From Octopus sinensis (taxonomy: Eukaryota): a stretch of 64,000 bases of DNA. The notes beneath the pieces were generated by a model. It did not search any database and was not told the origin of the DNA. It was given only the letters and a program-made list of their open reading frames with translations. The position numbers were made by a program, and so were the translations under genes. Shown here piece after piece: positions 50,101 through 62,100 of this stretch. Numbering within the stretch: position 1 is the first letter of the stretch; every line of letters begins with the position of its first letter. The stretch lies in NCBI RefSeq assembly GCF_006345805.1, contig NC_042997.1, forward strand, positions 107,198,001 through 107,262,000. Reading direction: 5' to 3'.

Positions 50101-53100
50101 TACATCTACTTTCCATACCAGCATGGGTTGGACAGGTCATCTCAGTCCAAGTCACTTCATATTCATAATTATTGTTTCCCTAGATGGATCAGGGGACCAC
50201 ATCTCACCAATGTTTAAAGAGTGTATTTTGTCCATTTATCTTTTCATAAGTGGCAGTGAAGTTATCCTAATGAAAATAGAATTAGTTGCATTTCTCTCTC
50301 TCTAATTCAATAAATTTTGAATGATAATATAACTTACTTGGCCATATTACCAATAAGCCTTGGATAATAGTAAACTTCAAAGAGTGGGGGACATCAAAAT
50401 AATCTTAGTTGTAATAAGCTTGTAATAATCATTGATAATTTGATCACTAGTTAATTATAATGTTTTTGAGGTTGAACATGTTTATTTATTAAACTAACGT
50501 GTCTAATGCTTTACCAGCAATAACCTTTACATTTTGTAACCATTTTGTTGAATGATTACTCATCTGACTTATTGATTTTTTTTTTCTTCAACATTTGTTA
50601 CAGGTTCATGTAAAACCAGGAGTAACCTTGAAAGGAAGTCTTGCTAAAGCTATGAAGTTGCGTGACTTTGAACCTGACAGATGTTTGGTATTTATACAAA
50701 AGCCATGGCCCAGGTTAGATTTTTTTTTTTTAAAGAAAACATTCTACATCTTAAAGTTATATAATATTTATTTACATATCTTATCACAATATAATGCAAT
50801 ATGATTGTTGCTTTGCAAATATTCCAAAATTTACAATAGTAATGCTAATTTCTAACATAAACACAAGGTAGAGGTATAGTTGATATAATAATCATCATCA
50901 TCATCATCCACTTCCATTTCCAGGGTTTCACACTCTCGAAGGAGGAACCCGTCTCCGGACTCCTTCCACTGCTGTCTGTCTCTGGCCAGTCATGGCCATG
51001 TAGGCCCCAGGTAGCAGGTGAGATCATCTCGCCATCTTGTCTTTGGTCGCCCTCTTGATCTTGTCCATTGTCTTGGTGTCCCTTCTGTCTCCCTGATTGT
51101 CCATTGGCTAGTTCCAACTTCTTGTCATCCCGCCACACAAATACATCAGTATGTTTGCTTTGTTTCTCATTTATTGAACCCTGCTGTTATCAACTGTATT
51201 CCCTTATGTTAAACAAAAGGCAATGTCCAGATAAGCTCAAATTTGTTTTCTTTGCTTTTAATTTTGTCTCATTTTATTCAATAATATTTGCATTTTAAGT
51301 ATGTCAAAACTACCCTATTCTTAATTCAATCTTAATTCGAATTGTGAAAGGACTGAGACAATTGGCAATTTGCAGTGCTTGAGAGGACCTGTCCAGCTAA
51401 GTAAATCTGAAGCCATAAAGCCATGTTCATACACACCCACCCCACAGACAATCTGTGTCTGACAAACCTCTTCCCCACATCCCGTCTTTCCAGCATTTCA
51501 CCCTTCCTTTCTCCCATTTTCATTGTCCACTGTATACCCCTCCTCTCTATCTCCCACAACATATCCTCCTTACAATCTCTCTATTTCTGTTCACTCACTG
51601 CATTGCCACTCACCCTATTAAATCCTTGGTCCCGCTTATATGCACCTCCCTGAAACTTGAGTGTACCCCTTGTCACATCTTCACCCTCCCTTTTCTCTCA
51701 CTCCTACTGTGGTAACCATGTATTTCCTTTACTGCCTGATACTTATTTCTGTCCCTCTACTCATACTGTGGCACACGGCCACCTTTCTCAACACTACTCT
51801 CTCCCACAGATGAGGGATCTTGTCTTGTAAATTGTTTAGTGACTTCAGTGCTGCTGCTGCTGCTTGTGCAATGTAAAAAGCCTCCAGTACACCCAGTAAA
51901 GCAGTTGGCATTAGTAAGCCAGAAAGGCAGATGCTCACAATTGTTAAGTCTCCCAGTTGAAGAGTGTACACCCCAACATAGGCTACTAGTTAGTGACTTC
52001 AGAATTAGAGCTAGAAAGATCAGTTGATTAGGAATAGAATTAAACTAGATGAGATGCAGTTTGGTTTTGTACTTGTGAGGAGTGAGACAGTTGGGGGGAA
52101 AAGTATTTGGCTAAAAGTAAGCTATTGTGCATAGCTTTTGTCAACCTGGAGAAAGCTTTTGACAGAGTAACCCACTGTTATCTGGTAGTTTCTAAGGAAG
52201 CTAGGAGTACAGGAGTGACTTGTTAGAGCTGTACAAGCCATGTACAGTGGTGCTGTCAGTAAGGTGAGTTGGCCATGAATACAGTGATGAATTTCGTGCT
52301 CAAGTAGAGGTTCACCAGGGCACAGCTCTCGGTCCACTCCTCTTATCCATCACTAGCAGTACTGCCCAGCTCGTGCGTTCTATGCACGCGCAAATTAAGC
52401 TAAACTTGGATGAAGTTCAATCAAAATTCAATTATTTTGGTTTTAAAATCAAGCATTTAATGCCCTCTATTTTTGCCCTTATGTGTTCCATTTCCGCAAT
52501 AGGAAGTACGTAGAAGCGTTTCATAAATTTTTGTTGATCAAATAATTGCATTGTTGAATTATTCTTTTAGATCAGTATTTCTCAATGAGGATTTCAGGGG
52601 AGAGTTTCAGGGAGTCGCTGGCGATGTATCGTGATGATCAAAAATCTGGCCTGCTAAAATTTGGTTAAAGTGATTCAAACTGCAGACTCAATGCAAAATG
52701 GTCACATTTAATTCAAATTTTATGAAAACAATTGGTATGTGTTCACAAAGTCCAAACGATTAATACGGAAAAATCCCTCCAGGCTACATCCTGAAAATTC
52801 TTTTCTTTGCCGAATTTCTACAATGTTTACGGCGATTCGTTTTTATATCTTGATTTTTTATTTTTCATGCAATTTACGCATACTTGCACGCGTGGTGAAC
52901 ACAGTTCACGTCAAACAGCTGACTGAGTAAAGTTCACTATTCAATGCATGGGATAAGGCCTAAACAAACACATTATCGATTTTTGTACTTGCAAGATGAT
53001 TTCGGAACAGAAATAGCGCAGTTCAATTTTCATTCACCTAAATTTTAAGTGACCTATTTTTGGTGGTTCTACGATTTGTTGGCTAGGAGATGTGCCAGGA

Positions 53101-56100
53101 AGTTAAACACATAGGCACACACACACAGATACACACACAGACACACAAGTTGAGTTATATATATATAGATTAGTCCTCCAGGCCATAACAAAGGAATTCA
53201 AAACTGGATGTCTGTAGTAGAATTGGAAAAGAAATTTCAGGTGTGGAAGCAAAATCTGGATTCAAAGACCTTGAAGTTAACCTAGTTGTTGTTAGCAAGA
53301 AAGCAAATAAGTCTCTCTTTCTGTCAGGTAAATGGCCTAGCTCAGTATGTAGGAAAGGAGTTGGAAGTGATTCCTTTTGCTACACCCAGTGTAAGCTATG
53401 GACACATAAGTGATGCAGTAGAATCATAGATACATTAACAGATAAAGTCATATGTGACAGATGTGCAAGAACAATAAGCACTAAGGACACACAGGACTTA
53501 GACTCTCTCAAATGCCCAGGAGGTTTTCTTAAGGTTGTAAATAGTTTCTGTTACCTAGGTGACCAAATTAGCAATGATGGTGGATACTCTGAAAGTATTG
53601 TTTCTAGAATAAGAATAGGATGGAGGAAGTTCAGAGAACTTTTACCTCTGTTGGCAACTAAAAGACTCAGTCTCAGAATAAAAGATATATTGTATGATGC
53701 TTGTGTACAAACAGCTATATTCCATGGTAGAGAGACATGGACTTTGAATGCAGTGGACATGCTTAGACTAGAGAGGAATAAAGGCATTATGCTCTGATGG
53801 ATGTGCAGCATTAGTGTACATGAATGACAAAGTGCAAATGTATTGAGAGAAAAGTTGGGCATAAGAGGATGGACATGTAATGTGTATGAATGAAGACAGC
53901 TGTATAAAAAAGTGCCACTGAAAGTGGACAGTACTTGTGGAAGAGGGAGACCCAAGAAGACAGGACGAAGTGGTGAGGATTGATCTCAAGATGTTAGAGC
54001 TTACGGAGGAAATAATAATGGACTGAGATATCTGGCAATATGAGGTTTTGGAGAAGACCCATCTGCATCAGTGAAACTGAGTTCTAGAAGCATTGTGCTC
54101 CACCCACACACAACAATAAAATTTTCACTCACTCTACCCCAACAAATCAAACCACTTCTCCTCTCCCGAACTGCATCACTTCTCTTCCTCACATTTCCTC
54201 TTCATATGCTGTGATTATCTCCCACTCCCTAATCCTGTCCTCACTGCCCTGCTCACTGTATTGTTGCTATCTCCAGGTTCTCACCAATCACTATTTCCCA
54301 CCTCCGCTTCCTACTTGTGCCTTTCTTGATAATACCCAGCCATGTGTTTTATGACCAACATATCTTGAGGGTATGCTCTGGCACTTGCCACCATTTATCT
54401 CTCACTTCCTTACTCTCCTATCCCATCTACTCTATGATCCCCGTTCCTGGCACTTCGCCACCATCTCTCTCTTGCACTCTTATTATCGCCCACTCCCTCT
54501 CTCTCTTGCTCTTTCATTTGGTTGGGTAGCCATATATTTCCTCTCTCCTGGTAACCATGTACCTCCACCCCAGCAACACACCTCTCTGTCACGTTCTTAC
54601 CTTTCATCATCTGACACATGATCACCTCCTCTAATATCCCCTCCCCTCTAAAATATCTTTTGTCTTGCAAGGTACTTGGTGTCCCTGCCAGTGTTGGTGT
54701 CATGTAAAAACCAGTCCACACTGTAAAGTGGTTGGCATTTGTAAGGGCATCCAGTTGTAAAAACTATACCCAAACTGACCACGCCTGTGCTGGTGCCACA
54801 TAAAAATTACAGTCCACTCTGCTGAGTGATTGGTGCTAGGAAGGGCATCCAGCTGTAAAAACCAAACCAAAACAGACACTGAAGTCTGGTGCAGTCTTCT
54901 GTCTGGCTAGCTCTTGTGAAATCATCCAATTCATGTCAGCATGAAAGGCAGACATTAAACGATGATGGTGATGATGATGGTCCAATTGTCGAAACCATGC
55001 CAAGGTAGATTGTAGAACTTAGAACAATCTTCTGTCAAACCATCCCAGCAGTGCGAGTATGGAAAACAGATGTTAAACAATGATTCTCGTATACCTTTTC
55101 TTTAATATAATATAGGTTGGCCCACTTGCTTTACTTCTCCCTCTAACCAGAGCTGGCAAGCAGGAGAGTAGCACCAGGTTCCAGTCTAATTTGGTTTGGT
55201 TTCCACAGCTGAATGCCCTTCCTAACACCAACCTCTTTACAGAATGTACTGGGTGCTTTTATGTGGCACTGGCATGGGTGCTATCATGTGCAGCCTGCAC
55301 AGGTGCTTTCGAAGTGGTGCCAGCTCAGGTAGTTTTTACATGACACCAGTATAGGATTCTTGCAGGTCAATCTTCTTCAGTACAGCTAGGTGCCAGATAT
55401 CTCAGTCCCTTGTCATTTCGTTAAGCTTCAGTGTTCTGAGATCGTACTCCAGTACTTCATCCCATTTATCTTCCTGAGTCTCCCTCTTCCACGAATTCCC
55501 TCCGCTTAGAGTGATTGGCACTTCTTTATGGAGCTGTCTACATTCATCCTCCAGTGCAGTCTTCTCTCTTGCATAGTGCATCTAATTCCTCTTATGCCTG
55601 TAGTAATTAAGGATATGAAGAGAGGACAGGATATTTGGTGGAGTAGGATATGAGCTAGGCACCTGTGTAGTCAATCAGGTTGTCCAGGAAGGTATCATAC
55701 CTAACCACAAGTGTAGCAGCCATTATAGTCAGCTGCTACTAAGGGAAGGAAATAATTACAGAGATGTCAAATTGTTGAACCATGTCGAGAAAGTTACAGA
55801 AAATATCAGAGCACAACTAATTAAGAAAAACTTGATGGAATGTAGTTTGGTTTTCTACCAAGGAGAAACACTGTTAATGCTATATTCCTTGCAAGGCACT
55901 TGCAGGAGAAGCATTCAGCTAAAAGCAAATTGCTATACTTAGCATTTGTTGGCATGAAAAAAGGAAGCTTTTGACAAGACCCCTCACTTTCTCTCATCTG
56001 GTGGTTGTTATGGAAGCAAGGTGTAAATGAATGGTTGGTGAGAGCTGCTCAAGCCATGTACAAGGATGCTGTCAGTAGGGTGAAAGTCAGCAATGAGTAG

Positions 56101-59100
56101 AGCAACAAATTTAGGATGGAGATAGGAGTACATCAGGACTCGGTTATCAGCCACATCTTATTTATCATAATCCTCTAGGCCATAACAGATGAGTTGAAGA
56201 CTGTTTGCATACAAGAGCTCTTCTTTGCTAATGACCTTGTTCTTGTAGCTGAATCTCCTGTAGAATTAGAGAACTGGAATGAAAGGGCCTTAGAGTTAAT
56301 TTGGCAAAGACCAAAGTACTAGTAAGCAGGAAAGTAGACAAATTACTAATCTCTTCGAGGAAATAGTCCTGCTTGATATAGAAGAGGTGTAGAAATTCCA
56401 GCCCCCTCTTGTTCACCATAGTCCTCCAGGCAATAACAAAGGAATTCAAGACAGGATGCCGCTGGGAGCTTCTCTATGCTGATGACCTTGCTTTAATATC
56501 AGAATCACTAGCAGAACTAGAGGAGAAGTTTCAGGTATGGAAACAATGTCTAGAATCAAAGGGCCTTGGAATCAATTTAACTAAAACCAAAGTCTTAATA
56601 AAAGTGAAAAGCAAATTGTACATAAACAGCTATGCTACATGTGAAACATGAATGCAGAGGACATGTGAAGTGCTTGAAGAAAATAAAGCCAGTATGCTCC
56701 GCTGGATGTGCAATGTCAGTGTGCATGTATGACAAAGTGTAAATGCTTTGAGAGAGAAATTGGGTAGAAGAGGCAAGAGAGAAAACTGCACTGGTATGGT
56801 CATGTGATGTGTATGAATGATGACAACTGCATAAAGAAGTGCTGATCACTAAATGTGGAAGAGGAATATGTAGGATGACATGGGATGAAATGATGAGAAA
56901 TTGATGTTGAGCTTCAGAGAGGAGATAGTAAAGGAGTAAGACACTTGGTGATTTGGTCTGATTAGGAAGCCCCATCCAGCTAAGTAAAATCAATGCCATG
57001 AAGACATGTCCTTTATATCCATGCCCCCCACACACAATCTGTCCTGTCAAACTTCACCCCCCACAGCCCATCTTCCTAGCTTCTCCCACTTCTTGCCGTC
57101 TGTGTTCACCACTCACTGTATTCCCCTCCCTCTATCCTACTCTCCCTCATGAACCTTCCTGCACAGAGTATCATCATCATCGTTTCATGTCCATCTTCCA
57201 TGCATGCATGGGTAGGATGATTCACAGGAGCTGGCCAGGTGGAAAATCTACCCTCTGCTACTGTGTCTGTTTTGGCAGGGTTTTTACAACTGGATTCCCA
57301 TCCTAACACTAACCACTCTGCAGAGTGGACTCAGTGATTTTTACATGGCACTAGCACAGGCGAGATTAGTTTTTGGCATAAATTTTACAGCCAGATGCCC
57401 TTCCAAGTGCCAACCATTTTATTGTGGACTGGATGCTTTTTACATGGCACCAGCACTACGTAACTTGCAAGACAAGAAATTATGAGAGGGGCAGGGGCAT
57501 TTGAGGATGAGAACTCATGTCAGGGTATGAAAGGTTAGAAGGTGACAAAGAAACAGAGGCAGAAACAGGTGTCTTGCTATAACAGAGGGCACATTGTAGG
57601 AGGTGATCCAAACTCAGATGATGAAAGGTTAAAGTGTGACAGAGAAATAGGGAGGCAGAAATAGGTGTCTTGTTATAGAGGAGGTACATGGTTACCCAGT
57701 GAGAGAGAGGGAGAGAGAGCAGCTAGAAATGAGGTCAGAAATAGGTGTGCTGCTGTAGAAGAGATCTGTGGCTACCCAACCAGAGGGAAGAGCAAGAGAG
57801 AGCAGGAGAGGGATGGTGAAGCGCCAGGGTATACTCACAAGTAACAAGGATCGAAACATAGATGTGTAAAAGAAAGAAAGGTACAAAGGTTGTAATATAT
57901 GCAGTCAAGTGTTGCCAGGAAGATGCAAAATAGGGGTTGGGGATTGGGGTGATTGATGAAAACCTGGGTTGATAGCAGGAAAGAGGATTGAAAGACACAT
58001 CTCTATCCAATCTTTTCCTCACAACATGTCCTCCTGACACGCCTCCCCTCCTTCTCCCACTCACCTTTCACAATCTTGTGTATTTACCCATTCACTCACT
58101 TTATCCAATCCCTGATCCATTTCACTTTATTCATCTCCCCTCAACATGGCTGTACACCGCATCACATCTTTACCATGTTATCTATCTTACCAACACCCCT
58201 CCCCCCTATGGAGGTAGAAATATCTCCCCCTCAACTGCAAGACACCTATTTCTGTCCCTCTGCTCATACTTCTCATCATTTGACACAAAGCCACCTCCTT
58301 CAATACTACCCCCCCTCTTCATTTGAAGAGTCTTGTTCTTGTAATTTGCTTGGTGACCTTGCTGGTGTCAGGTAAAAAGCACCCAGCTCACTCTGTAAAG
58401 TGGTTGGCATTAGGAAGGGCATCTAGGCAGAAAAACCATATCAAAGCAAGCAGAGCTTGGTGCAGCCCTGACTTTTCCAGCTCCTGTCAAACCATCCAAC
58501 CCATACCACCCACAAAGAGATGTCAAATGATGATGACCATCATCATCGCCACCGCTGCCGAAAACCAGAAGAAATACTGCTAGATATTCAGTCTAAATCA
58601 TTAACCTCCAAAAGATGAAAGACAAAGTTGAATCACACATCTCCTAATTTTTCATATTTATTCAGCTTTTGAGACTTATGATAATCTGTTTTTCTTCAGG
58701 AAATTTATTCCCTGGGATGTTGATCTCTCAATGCTGGCGGCTGAGGAACTTTCTGTTGAATTTATCAGCCAACATCTCCCCACTGACAAGCCTTTATGCC
58801 ACAACTATGTAAGTATTTTTTTGTAGACATATCTTTATAATGAAATCTCACATTGGCGCAAGATAGCACATTTGTTTTTGAAAGTTGTGTTGATTAAAAT
58901 GACATCCAATATATTACTGCTACCTGTTTAATTAACCTTGAATCAAAGGCGAGTCTAACTTCTGTAGGATTTCAATATAAACTAGAATAACTGGCTACTC
59001 TAAGGTATTTACAACTTCAATATTTTGAAGTAAGAAATTATTAGGTTGTGGTTGGCCATCTGAGAATATATCAGCAGCTTGCCTTGCCAGTTTACTGGAC

Positions 59101-62100
59101 AAAAGCAATACTCTGTTGCACTTTTGGAAAGAGTTGCTTCAGTGTAAAGTACCTATTGTTTAAGAACCTTAGCCATAATACTTGTTTTTGTTTGCAAAAC
59201 ATGTGTTGTGGTTAAGGTCAGCTACTTGACAAATGTAAATGTTTCATCTTAGGATGCAGAGAGCAACTGATCATCATATAACTACCGTCTATTGAAAGCC
59301 ATTTGAACAGGTTATCAACTTATTAGCTACTTGAAGCATTAGAAGTTTATATTGTATCGGTATTTCACTGTATAATGTATAATTAAGTATCTCTATGAAT
59401 CTTGGAGATTATTTGAATGTGATTTCTACTGTACTTTTTCTGAGAGAGCATCCAAAAAGAAACATTTTTGATATTTCATTTGTTATATTTGGATGAATAT
59501 GTTTGGAAATATGACAATTTGAATGATCAGCAAACTTGTTGAAATCTTGTCTAATTGGCCTAAATGAATAATTAGCTATATTTGTGGTCTCATATAATTT
59601 TCAAATTACTCAAATTACTAGTGACCATGGTATACCAGTTGGTTATTATTTTTTTTCAGGATTTTGGAAAGAAAACTTGGGTGGGAGCAATTTTATATAT
59701 ATATCTCAGACCTATTTTGTTACATGTTACAAGCTGTCAACTTCACAGTGTTTTCAGGCCTAATTAAATCAAGAAGCACAAGCCACAGGGACTTGAGTTT
59801 TGGTACATTTGTAGTAGGTATAGAACTAAATAAATCCTGAGATTTTGGAAGATGACATTCATCATCATCATTGTTTAACGTCCGTTTTCCACGCTAGCAC
59901 GGGTTGGACGGTTCGACCGGGGTCTGGGAAGCCAGGGGCTGCACCAGGCTCCAGTCTGATCTGGCAGAGTTCAGACTGGACAATTAAAAATGGCTATAAA
60001 TGGTGGAGTTTCAGATTAGGACACCCACATAAGTTGAATTTTCCCCATTTTGACAGATGTTTCCTTTTTTTCTTTATCTTTTTTAATCTATTTCAATAAA
60101 AGTCTTGGAAAGGATAGGGGTAAGCTTTTTGGAAAATTTATGATTTTTTTCCATCCTCCCATCCAGGCCGATTTTAGCTAATGTTTTTTTTTTTTTTTTT
60201 TGCATTAAGCACTTAAAAACGATGGGAGAAGCATTTTCACTAAAAAGCTGTATTTATTTTTAATATTTTCAAACAAAGAAATTGTGTAATTTAAGGGAGA
60301 TTTAGCTGTTGTTTCTCACACATTCTACACACACCTGGTTCTTTTCTCAGAATTGCATGTAGACCTAGATTTAAAAAAAGAAATACAGGACAAAATATGA
60401 AAACTCCTTGTTTTAAGCATTAAAAAACAAAAATTAAAAACATTTGTAACTTACAGCAAAATCATTAGTAAGAGAGAGAGAAAAAAAAAAACCTAAACAA
60501 GTATGTAAACAATAACACTAATTGTCTGTCTATATTCAAAATCAGGAAAAAAAAAGAATCTCATCTGATTTTAATAGTCTACAAAATTATATTCATTGTA
60601 CAATATAATTTTTATTGGTGAAATTTGACCAATATTTCTCAAAGGAAAACAAAGTTTACATGTACAAGAATATCTGCTAGGTTTCCCTAGCAGCTCTCTG
60701 CACATTAAAACAAGTGAGATGAAATAAACATTCTCAATACAACGAGTCTATGGTAAAGTTTGTCTCAGTTCAGTGCATGTGTTTACTTAGTAATTACTTC
60801 ATTCGTTTCTTGAAATTCTGGCTCATGTTCTGTTTGATCTGTTGTTACACGTAAATATGTCAGTTTGGCAAGTGGCATCAGTATACCACCCACTTTACTG
60901 ACTTTGTACCCTTTCATCATCATATCGTGGCCAAGTTTAGCAATGACCATATTAAATTTGCAAGAAATTTTTCTTTCCTATGATATAAAAATTTTGAAGA
61001 AAATATGATCTGTTCTAAATGAAAAGTAAAGATAAAATTTTCACGTTTATATTTTGTAATGCTTATATGACCTACCCCTATATATTTTTATATCAAAATA
61101 AAGCAAAAACATTCCCCTTCATGACTATGATTTTGAACACAACTTGAGTTACAATGCTCCATGACATTGAACCAGAACAAGGGCTACCATTCAGCAGGAA
61201 AAAAAATGGGATAAACTCTGTAAATGCAAGAAAATACCAGTGTGTTTGAGGGACCCTGACATGATATGTAACAATCAGACTTTAATTAAAACTATATAAG
61301 AAGAAAGTTCATGTCTAAAACTTTCAAATGATATATAATGTTTTGAGGAAAATATTTACTTTGACATGAAAATGAAGCAAAAAGTGTGTTTTTGTGTGTT
61401 CAAACTCTGCTTGTCTCCATTATATGGTGCTCTATAGTGATACCTAGTGTAATGCAAAGATATTTTCAACTGCCTTCAACATTGGAAAATTGATCAAAAA
61501 TATTTTTGTTAGCTTACCAGAAAATGTAAAGAAAAACTAATCCAGCAAATTTTCTCTTCATTTGATATAGTGACGTACATTATTCCTAATTAGGTTAACT
61601 GAAGAAAATAGGCCTTTTTTTCTGTTATGGAGTCTGTTAGTACATATTTGAATGCATTAGTTTTAGCTATCATAATTTGCATACAAATGAAATAGCAAGA
61701 TGTTTTAGATTAGAAAGAGAAGTATCATTATTAATGGGGCAGAAAAATACAAACTAATTCTGTTAATGCAACATAATCCTCAGAAAACCATTCCTGTAGC
61801 ACTGAGCAAATCTGCTTTCTCTTCTGCCCACTCCTCCAGGAAATGTTGAATTCCACTTCTTCATGTTAAAAGAAAAATTTAATTCTTTATAGCATCGATT
61901 TGTGCTTTTCTTTTTTTATTGACAAATTTTAAGAGTCAGTAGCATACTATAAATTTAAGCAACTTTAAAGATATTCCAATTATAATACTAATTTCTATTG
62001 TTAGCAATTTAGTATATTTTATGAAAGATTTAAAACATTTCATATTTATACTACATTTTTGCATTTGTAATCTGTTAATGACTATTTTCAGAACTTTCTG

